Shown here: one piece after another, positions 19,925-29,991 of the stretch | Layout of the letters: each line of letters begins with the position of its first letter | How positions within the stretch are numbered: the first letter of the stretch is position 1 | From: Candidatus Methanomethylophilaceae archaeon | GTDB lineage: Archaea; Thermoplasmatota; Thermoplasmata; Methanomassiliicoccales; Methanomethylophilaceae | DNA: 64,000 nt | Assembly: GCA_050950505.1 (NCBI GenBank) | Contig: JBMNHS010000001.1 | Location: forward strand, 448,001 to 512,000 | Reading direction: 5' to 3' | Program-made: the position numbers and the translations under genes | Notes under the pieces: generated by a model | Told to the model about the DNA's origin: nothing | Seen by the model: only the letters and a program-made list of their open reading frames with translations | Database searches by the model: none

Positions 19925-20719
19925 ATGAAAATTGGAAAGGCCATTAAAGGGAAATTGAAAGCACTCTACAATTTCAGACACATGTATTATTCTCTGGTTC
20001 AGCGGAGTTTGTATGGGAAATACAAAAATTCCGTATTGGGATTCTTATGGAATTTTTTGACACCGACAATAACAATTCTACTGTTCTATATCGTTTTCAG
20101 TAATTTTATGGGAGGTTCAATCGATCACTTTTGGGCATATCTTTGCGTAGGTATGTTTCCTTTTCAGTTCATGAATGATAATCTGATCGGAGGTGCATCG
20201 AACATTACGTCAAACGGAGAAATGGTCAAGAAAATGTATTTTCCGAGAGAAATACTGCCTTTGTCTCAAGTCACGTACACGTTCATAGTGTTCCTCATAG
20301 CGTACGGCATAATCGCAATTTTGATGTACGCCTCAGGCGCTCTATCATTTAACGGTATATGGGCGTTCCCAATCGTTTTAGTGACGATGTTTATCTTTAC
20401 CTTTGGAACCATACTGTTCACATCCTCAATCTCTGTGTACTCCCGGGACTTTCAGTATCTTATAACAGCATTATCCAAATTACTGTTTTGGATAACTCCC
20501 ATATTCTATACGATAGAGTCTGTGTCGGGATTATTGTACAGACTGCTCTGGTTTAATCCATTGACTTATTACGTTGAAGGATTCCACAGTGTGATGTACC
20601 ACGGAACGATACCCGGAAACGGAATAATGTTGGGATGTATTGTTCTGGCGATTGCATCGCTCACGGTAGGTTTGTGGACTTTCAACAAATTGAAAGACGG
20701 ATTTGCGGAGAGAATCTGA
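19925..20719 (+). CDS. wzm: Polysaccharide ABC-2 exporter permease (Wzm/TagG-like), copy 1
   Basis: KYKNSVLGFLWNFLTP, VKKMYFPREILP, FWITPIFY, NPLTY motifs; six TM segments. Confidence 0.93.
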   Translation: MKIGKAIKGKLKALYNFRHMYYSLVQRSLYGKYKNSVLGFLWNFLTPTITILLFYIVFSNFMGGSIDHFWAYLCVGMFPFQFMNDNLIGGASNITSNGEMVKKMYFPREILPLSQVTYTFIVFLIAYGIIAILMYASGALSFNGIWAFPIVLVTMFIFTFGTILFTSSISVYSRDFQYLITALSKLLFWITPIFYTIESVSGLLYRLLWFNPLTYYVEGFHSVMYHGTIPGNGIMLGCIVLAIASLTVGLWTFNKLKDGFAERI

Positions 20720-20720
20720 A

Positions 20721-23351
20721 ATGTCCGAATATGCAGTACGTGTAAGAAATGTAAACAAATCCTTTACCACAAGAGCCGAAGATAACGATGGCGGGTTTCT
20801 TAAAAAAAGGAAAAAGATTACGAGACATGTAATCAAAAACATCAGTTTCGATATTAAAAAAGGTGAAGTTTTCGGTATAATAGGAAGAAACGGTTCAGGT
20901 AAAAGCACTACGTTGAATATGATTTCCAGGATAATGAAGCCCGATTCCGGTACCATAGAAATCAATGGAAAGGTTGCCAGTATTTTGGAACTGGGTATGG
21001 GGTTTCATAACGATTTGAGCGGAAGGGAAAATATCTACATCAAAGGAACCATGTACGGTTTCGCAAAAAATCAACTTGACGAACGGATTGAAGATATAAT
21101 CGATTATGCGGACATAGGAGAATATATCAATCTTCCCATGAGGGTATATTCTTCGGGAATGCGCAGTCGTCTGGCATTTGCAATTATGATTAACGTCGAT
21201 GCGGATATTGTGATTTTGGACGAAGTGCTTGCAACCGGAGATCTGGCGTTCAGAAAAAAATCCAGTACACATTTCATGAACATGAAAAATAAAGGTAAGA
21301 CCATAATTTTGGTCGCACACTCAATGTCAACGATGAGGGAGATGTGCGATAGGGTCGCCTGGTTGGAGAAAGGAGTCATCAGGGAAGTCGGTATTCCGAA
21401 TGTGGTTTGCGGTCATTATGAAACGGAATTGGCTGAATCTCTGGAGATAATAACGGATTTGGCGGAAGCCGGTGTTCCATATTCTCAGAACGTGTTAGGT
21501 TGCATGTACCGTGACGGAAACAAAGTCGAGAAAAATCTGGATCTGGCAATCTACTGGTTCAGAGAAGCGATAAAAAGAAGTAACGATCCTGCAAAAATAA
21601 ATTTGGCTGATTTGATCGTATCCGGAGAAGTATCTGATGATAGGGAAGATGCGTTGGATTTGTATATGAGCGCGGCCCAGAGAGGAAACAGAGACGCACG
21701 TACAAAACTATCGAGACTTCTGACTCAGAAAACGCAAGACATCAATAAAGAATTGATAGAGGGCTACAAAGAACTTTTACCCTCTGGCAATCCCCAGATT
21801 TATTACGAGTATGCTGAACTTTTAATGAAATCTGCTTGGAACAATGAAGATAGAAAAGAGGCTTTGAGGTGGTTTAAGAAAGCTTCGGAGTACGGCAACA
21901 TGCATGCTATGTACCAAGTTGCCATAATGTATCGTGATGGCACAGGACCCGAACAGAGCGATTCAAACTATCTGTCCTGGTTAAAAAAGGCGGCAGAACA
22001 TGGGCATGCGAATTCGCAATTCACTTTGGGTAATATGTACCGTGACGGAATCAAAGTGGAACATGACAATACTGAGGCGTTCTATTGGTTCAAGATGGCC
22101 GCTGACAACAATCACATTGATGCGATATTTCAAATCGCCATAATGTACCGTGAAGGAATTGGAGTGGAAAAAAATCTGGATGATTCAGATTACTGGCTCA
22201 AATTATATTCACAACACGGACTGTATCGTCAAATCAATACCCTTGCGGATTCGTTTTCGAATTGTAAAAATGAAGTGTATGACCCGGAGATGGGCATAAA
22301 ATGGTACAGGGTAAACGCGGAACACGGATACGCGGATTCGAATTATAGACTTGGGATGCTGTTGATTAATGGAAAAGATGAAGGCAGCAAATCTGATGCA
22401 ATATCTTCTTTTGTTTTTGCCGCGGAACGAAACCATTTGCTGTCTATTGCCCAATTGTTTAATCTCCATGCATTGGGTGAAGTTGATAACGTATGCAGAG
22501 ATGACTTGTTACGAAAATTAGAGGTGTTGGTTACTGGGGGAAACGTGTGGGCTGCAAACGATATAGGTATTATTTACGCAGGCGGCAAGACTGTCCAACC
22601 GGATATAGATAAAGCAATACATTATATCAAAATAATCGGTGAAGCGGGTAACGCCAACGCATTGCACAGATTAGGAATGATATACAGAGATGGCGTGTTG
22701 ATTAAACAAGATTTCGACGAAGCCGTTAAATGGTTTGAAAGAGGAGCACTCCTAGGTAACATCCATTCTGCAATGTCTTTAGTTGAACTTTATGCAATAG
22801 GCAATACAGAAGAAAATGTTTGCAAAAGAGCCATTGGGCATATCGAAAATATGTGTAAATCAGGGGATGTATTCGCCATGAAGACTTTAGGCAGATACTA
22901 TCTTGATGGCATTGCTGTAAAACAAAATTATCAAAAAGCGTTATATTGGTATGAAGTGGCTTCTAAACTAGGCGACCCTGGTGCCATATATGATTTAGGG
23001 ATGATTTATAAACACGGAAAAGGCGTGGATATGGATTTAAAGCGTGCATTAGAATTATTCATTTCATCTTCTGACCGTGGACACATCGCGTCTATAATCG
23101 CTATAATGGATATGTATAATCAGGATTCAATTGATAAAGAGTATTTTGATGTTGCATTGAGCCGCTTGGAAACATTGGCCACTGGAGGGAATATTACCGC
23201 GATGCGAAATATAGGGGACATATATTACGATGGCAGATACGGGATAAACGATTCAATGAAGGCTAAAGGGTGGTTCGAAAAAGCATCTTTATTGGGAGAT
23301 GCGCATTCTCGCAGAAAATTAGAGAATATAGAATCATTAAATAAGCCATAA
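20721..23351 (+). CDS. wzt: Wzt/TagH-type ABC ATPase fused to C-terminal SEL1-like repeats, copy 1
   Basis: Walker A GRNGSGKST, YSSGM signature, ILDEVLATGD, VAHS; then repeated LG.MY.DG..V..D...A..WF..AA units. Confidence 0.92.
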   Translation: MSEYAVRVRNVNKSFTTRAEDNDGGFLKKRKKITRHVIKNISFDIKKGEVFGIIGRNGSGKSTTLNMISRIMKPDSGTIEINGKVASILELGMGFHNDLSGRENIYIKGTMYGFAKNQLDERIEDIIDYADIGEYINLPMRVYSSGMRSRLAFAIMINVDADIVILDEVLATGDLAFRKKSSTHFMNMKNKGKTIILVAHSMSTMREMCDRVAWLEKGVIREVGIPNVVCGHYETELAESLEIITDLAEAGVPYSQNVLGCMYRDGNKVEKNLDLAIYWFREAIKRSNDPAKINLADLIVSGEVSDDREDALDLYMSAAQRGNRDARTKLSRLLTQKTQDINKELIEGYKELLPSGNPQIYYEYAELLMKSAWNNEDRKEALRWFKKASEYGNMHAMYQVAIMYRDGTGPEQSDSNYLSWLKKAAEHGHANSQFTLGNMYRDGIKVEHDNTEAFYWFKMAADNNHIDAIFQIAIMYREGIGVEKNLDDSDYWLKLYSQHGLYRQINTLADSFSNCKNEVYDPEMGIKWYRVNAEHGYADSNYRLGMLLINGKDEGSKSDAISSFVFAAERNHLLSIAQLFNLHALGEVDNVCRDDLLRKLEVLVTGGNVWAANDIGIIYAGGKTVQPDIDKAIHYIKIIGEAGNANALHRLGMIYRDGVLIKQDFDEAVKWFERGALLGNIHSAMSLVELYAIGNTEENVCKRAIGHIENMCKSGDVFAMKTLGRYYLDGIAVKQNYQKALYWYEVASKLGDPGAIYDLGMIYKHGKGVDMDLKRALELFISSSDRGHIASIIAIMDMYNQDSIDKEYFDVALSRLETLATGGNITAMRNIGDIYYDGRYGINDSMKAKGWFEKASLLGDAHSRRKLENIESLNKP

Positions 23352-23540
23352 TCAAAATGGACATGGGTTTGCAGGGGACAGAAACAAAAACCAAAATAAA
23401 CTACAGTATACATCAAATGATACACGCAAGAAATATTATACAGACTCACGCAATACTTTTAAGAAATATGTGGTGCAACCAAACGTCATCATCAAGGATA
23501 CAGGGTGATTACCATATGTTCGAAATATTTGGAGATTGTA

Positions 23541-24665
23541 ATGAAAGTCCCTGAACTGATGGAAATAATCGGAGAAGATCATTTCTATACCGGAGTTCCC
23601 GATTCGTTATTGAATAATTTTTGCAGATATGTGATGGATAAATACGGTATCGGTGAAAATCACGTTATTGGGGTAAACGAAGGAGCGTGTACCTCCCTTG
23701 CTGCGGGCAGATATCTGTCGACGGGAAAGATTCCTGTAATATATATGCAAAACAGCGGAATAGGCAATACAATCAATCCTACAGTTTCTCTTATTTCTAA
23801 AGAGGTTTACGGTATACCCTGTATCTACCTTGTCGGTTGGCGTGGTGAACCCGGAAATCACGATGAGCCTCAACACATGCTTCAGGGTAAAATCACACCG
23901 GCTTTGCTGGAGTCTTCAGGGTTGGAGACATTATACCTGACCAAAGATACAAAATATGACGATTTCAAGAGAGATTATGAAAAAATTTCGACATGTTTGA
24001 AAGACGGAAAATCTCTGGCCATAATAGTTTCCAAAGGAGCTTTGGAGTACGAGGGAAATTACAAACAATCAAATAATAACAAAATCACACGCGAAGATGC
24101 AATAAACACCCTACTGGACTGTTCCGGTAAAGGGCTCTTTATATCTACAACCGGAAAAACATCCAGAGAACTGTTCGAATTACGAAAAAAAAGAGGGGAG
24201 CCTCACGATTTTGATTTTCTTACTGTTGGATCCATGGGTTACAGTTCTTCGATTGCATTGGGTATAGCTACGGGAACAGACTGTGATGTCTGGTGTCTTG
24301 ACGGGGACGGTTCTATGTTGATGCATATGGGGGCTATGAGTATGATAGGATCGATGAAACCTCCTAATTATTTCCATGTTCTCTTCAATAATGAATCTCA
24401 CGAATCGGTTGGAGGATATCCGACACCAATAACATCAATCAATATGTGTAAGGTTGCGGAATCTTGCGGATATGCGTCAAACCATTCGGTATCAACGACT
24501 GAAGAGTTGAAATCTGTTCTAGTCGAGATCAAAAAATATCCCGGTCCTCATTTTGTTGAAGTGAAAGTGACAATCGGATCCAGAAATGATTTGGGCAGAC
24601 CAACAATTACCCCTATTGAAAACAAACAAATTTTTATGAACAAAATTAGAGGATTCAAACAATGA
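23541..24665 (+). CDS. aepY: Phosphonopyruvate decarboxylase
   Basis: GVPDSLL, NEG, YMQNSGIGN, GWRGEPG.HDEPQH, FLTVGSMG, DGDG.MLMHMG, HESVGG motifs. Confidence 0.96.
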   Translation: MKVPELMEIIGEDHFYTGVPDSLLNNFCRYVMDKYGIGENHVIGVNEGACTSLAAGRYLSTGKIPVIYMQNSGIGNTINPTVSLISKEVYGIPCIYLVGWRGEPGNHDEPQHMLQGKITPALLESSGLETLYLTKDTKYDDFKRDYEKISTCLKDGKSLAIIVSKGALEYEGNYKQSNNNKITREDAINTLLDCSGKGLFISTTGKTSRELFELRKKRGEPHDFDFLTVGSMGYSSSIALGIATGTDCDVWCLDGDGSMLMHMGAMSMIGSMKPPNYFHVLFNNESHESVGGYPTPITSINMCKVAESCGYASNHSVSTTEELKSVLVEIKKYPGPHFVEVKVTIGSRNDLGRPTITPIENKQIFMNKIRGFKQ

Positions 24666-26665
24666 AAGCACTAATCCTAAACTCCGGAAAAGGCACACGC
24701 ATGGGTAATTTAACAAAAGACGGTCCAAAATGTCTTGTTAAATTGTATGACAATACAACCATATTGGAGCGACAACTGTCTATTTTGGAAAAATACGGAA
24801 TATCCGATATAATTTTAACAACCGGACAATATGACAAGGAAATCCGTGAAGTTTGTTCGAACTACCCAAGTTTAAAATTTACATTCGTATTTAACGAACT
24901 TTACGATACCACAAACTACATATATTCAATTTATAAATCGAAGGATTGCCTGGATGACGATATATTGTTGTTACACGGGGATTTGATTTTTGAAGAATAT
25001 GTTATTTTAAGATTATTAAATTCAGAAAACAGTTGTGTGGCGGTAAACAGCCACCAGACAAATCCTAACAAAGATTTCAAAGCCGATGTATGTGACGGTC
25101 GCGTTTCAAAAATCAGTGTCGAGCCAAGATATGGAAGCGTATCTTCACAACCTGCATACAAATTGAATAAAACCGATATGGGTACATGGTTGGATAAAAT
25201 ATCGGAGTATTGCGAATCGGGAAACACGAGCTCCTACGCTGAAGAGGCATTGAACGATGTTTTAGACTCTATCGAAATGATGCCCATCAATTTGGAAAAT
25301 ATCGTTTGCATGGAGATTGATAACTTGGAAGATTTGTCCATGGCCAACGGCATGTTGATGAAACTTCCAGGGCGAAAAGTCTATCTTTCAATATCTTCGG
25401 ATGTAATCCATGACGGTCACATCAATATTATTCAATATGCGGCTTCGTTGGGAGAGCTGACTGTGGGGATAATGTCTGATGAGGCCATAGCCACTTACAA
25501 ACATTATCCCATTCTTCCATTCGAGAAAAAAAGGAAAATCATCTCCAATATCAAAGGTGTATCTCGAACCATAATGCAGGAGAAACTGAGTTATGAAGAA
25601 GTTATAACAAAATTAAAGCCCGATATCGTTGTGCACGGTGACGAATGGAGACACGGCGTATTGAGTCCCATAAGAATTGAAGTGATTGAGCTGTTGGATA
25701 AGTACGGCGGCCTTCTTATAGAACCCCCATACACCAAAGGTCAGGAGCACGGTATTCTTGAAAATAAAATCAAAGAAGAACTTTCGATACCTGAAAACAG
25801 ACGTGCCAGTCTCAAAAAATTGCTAAAATTGAAAAAATGCATCAGGGTAATGGAAGCGCATAACGGACTCACCGGACTCATCGTCGAGAAAACAAAGGTT
25901 GCACATAACGGAGAGATCAGACAGTTCGATGCAATGTGGATTTCATCACTGTGTGATTCTACCGCCAAAGGGAAACCCGACATAGAATTAGTGGATATGA
26001 CTTCGAGGATGGATACGATAAATGAGATATTGGAAGTAACAACCAAACCGATAATTTTAGACGGAGATACCGGCGGCATATTGGAACATTTCTTGTTCAA
26101 TGTGAAAACTCTTGAAAGAAGCGGAGTTTCCGCAATAATAATAGAGGATAAAATCGGATTAAAGAAAAACTCATTGTTTGGAACGGAAGTACCTCAGATG
26201 CAAGACGATCCGGATAATTTTGCAATGAAAATATCCGCGGGTAAAAAAGCTCAACTTTCAAAAGATTTTATGATTATTGCACGGATAGAGAGCTTAATCT
26301 TGGAAAAAGGGATGGATGACGCTCTTATGAGAGCTAAAAAATATGTCACTGCCGGCGCAGATGGAATAATGATACACAGTAAGAAGAAAGACCCTGCTGA
26401 AATATTCGAATTCATTGAGAGATTTAGAGGCCTCGATTCCATAACTCCTTTGGTTGTTGTTCCCACATCGTATAATCATGTCAAAGAGGATGAATTCAAA
26501 GAGAGGGGAGCGAACATCGTAATATATGCCAATCACCTCATAAGAGCAGCGTTTCCTGCCATGCAGAGTGTTGCGGAATCTATACTAAAAAATCAACGTT
26601 CTCTGGAAGTCGATGAAGATTGTTTGTCCATAAAAGAAATAATAACTCTGATTCCCGATGAGTGA
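24662..26665 (+). CDS. aepX: Trifunctional LicC/PntC-like nucleotidyltransferase + HxGH cytidylyltransferase + phosphoenolpyruvate mutase
   Basis: ALILNSGKGTRM..LT..GPKCL; D.IHDGHINII; PEP mutase EAHNGLTG, DGDTG and diagnostic EDKIGLKKNS (EDKx5NS). Confidence 0.96.
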   Translation: MKALILNSGKGTRMGNLTKDGPKCLVKLYDNTTILERQLSILEKYGISDIILTTGQYDKEIREVCSNYPSLKFTFVFNELYDTTNYIYSIYKSKDCLDDDILLLHGDLIFEEYVILRLLNSENSCVAVNSHQTNPNKDFKADVCDGRVSKISVEPRYGSVSSQPAYKLNKTDMGTWLDKISEYCESGNTSSYAEEALNDVLDSIEMMPINLENIVCMEIDNLEDLSMANGMLMKLPGRKVYLSISSDVIHDGHINIIQYAASLGELTVGIMSDEAIATYKHYPILPFEKKRKIISNIKGVSRTIMQEKLSYEEVITKLKPDIVVHGDEWRHGVLSPIRIEVIELLDKYGGLLIEPPYTKGQEHGILENKIKEELSIPENRRASLKKLLKLKKCIRVMEAHNGLTGLIVEKTKVAHNGEIRQFDAMWISSLCDSTAKGKPDIELVDMTSRMDTINEILEVTTKPIILDGDTGGILEHFLFNVKTLERSGVSAIIIEDKIGLKKNSLFGTEVPQMQDDPDNFAMKISAGKKAQLSKDFMIIARIESLILEKGMDDALMRAKKYVTAGADGIMIHSKKKDPAEIFEFIERFRGLDSITPLVVVPTSYNHVKEDEFKERGANIVIYANHLIRAAFPAMQSVAESILKNQRSLEVDEDCLSIKEIITLIPDE

Positions 26666-27729
26666 GTTCTGTGCAAAAAATCATCGAAACTTCCAATTAT
26701 TTTTCTGCGTTGAAAGACGAATTGTCCGGATGCAAGGCACCCCTGTTTGTATACACGGAATCGTTTAAAAAAAGGGATCAATTCAAGAAAATACAGAATA
26801 TATCTCATGAATCATTTTCTGATTTCTCGTACAATCCCGATTACGAGAGCATAGTCAATGGAGCTGAGGTGTTTAAAAAAAATAATTGTGACGGCCTGGT
26901 CTCCATAGGAGGGGGAAGCTCCATCGATGTTGCCAAAGGCATCAAACACATATTAAACAAAAAAGATCTGATGCATATTTCTATCCCTACGACTTCCGGA
27001 ACAGGCAGTGAATCGACACAGTTCGCTGTCGTTTACAAAAACGGCATAAAAACTTCTCTTGATTCTAAAGAATTATTGCCCGATATAGCAATTTTAGACG
27101 GTTCGTTAACTCGTACTTTGCCCGATTTTCAGAAACGTTGTACATTGTTGGATGCTTTATGTCAATGCATCGAATCCCATTGGTCTCTCGCTTCCACGTC
27201 TGAAAGTAGAATGTACAGCAGCATGGGACTAAAGTTTATTTTATCCAATTATAAACAATACTTAGAGAACAATCTCGACGTTTATCAAGATATAATGCTC
27301 GGATCCAATTTCAGCGGAAGAGCAATAAATATCACACGGACAACAGTTTCTCATGCTCTGAGTTACGTTATCACCAAAGATTACGGAGTGCCTCATGGAT
27401 GTGCTGTCGCATTGACAATTATTCCTTTTTGGACGTATTTATCATCCAATATAAGCAATACTACACATGCCGGTGGCGAATCCTTTATGATGGAACGCTT
27501 AACGGAATTAAGCAATGCATTCGGAGGGGAAACAATATCTGAAGGTATAGATTTTGCAGATAACACAATATCAGAAATTCTCCCTGTAACAGGCGTGCAA
27601 GATCTTGATATCGAAAATGTTCTGTCTCACGTTGACATCAATCGCTTAAAAAATTATCCAATGCATTTAGAAATAAACGATATAAAGAAAATATCGCTCG
27701 ACTTAATATCGCCCAGGAATCAAAAATGA
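26662..27729 (+). CDS. Phosphonoacetaldehyde reductase (iron-containing alcohol dehydrogenase)
   Basis: IGGGSSIDVAK, IPTTSGTGSE, DALCQCIES.WS, HALSY, HG.AV motifs; overlaps aepX stop. Confidence 0.88.
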   Translation: MSSVQKIIETSNYFSALKDELSGCKAPLFVYTESFKKRDQFKKIQNISHESFSDFSYNPDYESIVNGAEVFKKNNCDGLVSIGGGSSIDVAKGIKHILNKKDLMHISIPTTSGTGSESTQFAVVYKNGIKTSLDSKELLPDIAILDGSLTRTLPDFQKRCTLLDALCQCIESHWSLASTSESRMYSSMGLKFILSNYKQYLENNLDVYQDIMLGSNFSGRAINITRTTVSHALSYVITKDYGVPHGCAVALTIIPFWTYLSSNISNTTHAGGESFMMERLTELSNAFGGETISEGIDFADNTISEILPVTGVQDLDIENVLSHVDINRLKNYPMHLEINDIKKISLDLISPRNQK

Positions 27730-27741
27730 TATCCAGTAAAT

Positions 27742-29988
27742 TCAAGTTCGACACTTACGAGTGAGCATAAGTGTCAAAGTTGGGATTGTTCTAACGCCGA
27801 AGGCGCTCAGATAGACTGCATTAGACGGTTTCTGATGTTTTACGTCTCTTCGACACCCTCGGCATAAAACCGAATAACGTGGATTCAAAAGTGGCGTGCA
27901 AAGACAGGCGGAAGTGAAGGCTTCCGCTGATTGCTGACCCTGTTCTTCCGCGTTCTTCGGCCGAGGCCGTGTGTTTTTTTGGACACGGATTATGTTTCCC
28001 GATACCGAGCGGTATCGTGTGTACCCGTATTCCCGCAATCCTTTCATCGTTTTTTTGTACACGGCGGTCCCATACGGAGATGCAGAAGGGCCGTTCCCGA
28101 TTTCCGCACACAGAAGGAACGCAAAATGAGGATAGACGAGGAAGTCCGTGTTTACGAAGGCGTCAGGGCCAACTCTGCCGTGGTCATGGCCTTCATGGAA
28201 GGCACCGGCCTGAGGAGACTAATCGACGAAAGATGCCGTTCGGACGGTATATGCAGGACGCTGAGCGTCGGCATGGCCGTTAAGGCGATGATAGGTGCGA
28301 TGTACAGAGGCTCCGGAAGGACTCCGTTGTATCTTATGGACAAGATATTCAGTCTCTGCCCGACGGACAAGCTGTTCGGAAACGGTATGAAACCTTCGTC
28401 TTTGAGCGACACATCGTTGGGAAGATGCCTTGACGTTCTGTCGAAAACGGATATGGAAAAGCTTCTTTGGGATTGTTCTGAGATGTTGTGCGAACGTTAC
28501 GGTCTGGATTCCCATCTGTTGTCGATGGATGCCACCAACTATGCGTTGTACGGTATGGGTATCGAAGACGTCACGGTTCCCGCCTCTGGCGGGAACTCAA
28601 AAACAAACCGTAACGATTTGATGCAGAAAAACATTCATGCCGTGACAAACGGCAACGGCGTGCTGAGAACGTCAAAACCGTACGGCGGGAACGTAGCGGA
28701 CATGACAATGAATAACGATATGATTGAGTTCCTTGTAAACAGGGTAGATCCGGAGAAAGTTGTGATATCCGCGGACTGTAAACTTGCCAACAATGTGACA
28801 ATCGACCGTCTCCTAGGACTGGGATGAGGGTTCGTCACCAAAGCACCGTCCAACTTCAACGGTCTTGTGAAGGATTCTGTTCTGTCTTCGGCGATTACCG
28901 GGGTGATGGATGCCTCTTCGAGGCATCCGGGAAGATACCTGTACGATACCGAATCGGAATACGGGAACGGGAAACTGAGGTTCGTGGCATACAGACTGCC
29001 CGGAAGCATAGAGGAATCTTCGGAATATCTCAGGAACGGAGGATTCGAGGCGGCAACGAAACGCATATCCAAATTCAAGAGTAAAAAGTTCTTCTGCGAA
29101 GACGATGCACGCAAAGCCTTCGGTGAGATGATGGACGGGTACTGCGGAGCCTACCGTACGGATGTGACATTCTCGGAAAATTCGAGGTTGATGAAGAAGG
29201 ATCCGGACGGTCCTCATTGGCGGGGACGCACCGGTACGGTTTCGATCGTTGAGGACAGAATCGCCGAAGCCGCAGAGAGGTTTTCGATACGGGTGCCGGT
29301 GACTAACCTTCCGTTTGCCGTTACGGACGGAGACAATCTTCGCAATGGTGCGACGGCCGACAAAGTAGTGGACGTGTATTTGGGACAGTATCACAGCGAG
29401 AAGAATTTTCGCATCATGAAGTCCGGTATGGGTGTGAACAACGTGTATTTACATCTTCACAGGAGACGAGACGCTATGGTTATCGTGGTATCGCTCGCAA
29501 CCATGCTGAGCAATGTTATGGACTCGGTGCTTCGGAAGATGACCGCAAACAAAGTCATTGACGATTTGGACAACGGAATCGTGGAATACGACCGCGACGG
29601 GGATGCGACGAGGTTCAGCGGACCTCCCGGTCTGAGATAAAACATCTTCGGTATTCTCAACGTATTAGGCGTGGAGAACAGGTTCCTTCTGGATTTCTGA
29701 ACGGGCCCGTGCGCAGCACGGCACAGCCTTGGCTATTGCGGGTATCACGTAATGTCAGCCACTTTGGAATTCACGGGATATTTCATCATTTTCCCGCCAA
29801 ACAGAAACCGCCGATGACCGCAAACTTAAAGGATTCGAAACCAATGAAGAACACGGCTTTTTGGCCGGTTTTTGTTTAGCGACTAATCATAGCCGAAAAG
29901 CCACTTTATTATTTCGCCAGTGATTCGGCCGTCTCAGGAAAATTACAACGGGTCAACACTTACACTCGTCCGTAAGTGTCAAACTCCC
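27742..29988 (+). mobile_element. IS1634-family insertion sequence (element A), degraded
   Basis: Imperfect TIRs: left AGTTCGACACTTACG...TAAGTGTC at about 27745; right GTCAACACTTAC...CGTAAGTGTCAAACT ending about 29985; no clear TSD. Confidence 0.8.
28126..29700 (+). pseudogene. IS1634-family transposase with in-frame TGA (28825-28827) and TAA (29638-29640)
   Basis: ORFs 27931-28827 and 28867-29640 share one frame; DATN, GNVAD, ADCKL, Y..Q...EKNFRIMKS DDE motifs; frame continues past the TAA to 29700. Confidence 0.85.
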
Positions 29989-29991
29989 GTT

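Noticed and set aside
23357-23554. 65-aa ORF between wzt1 and aepY
   Set aside because: No motif or clear SD, overlaps the aepY start, and likely intergenic or promoter sequence.
23541-27729. Phosphonate antibiotic or methylphosphonate (methane-yielding) pathway
   Set aside because: No MpnS/HEPD dioxygenase or tailoring genes are present; the context is glycan synthesis and export.
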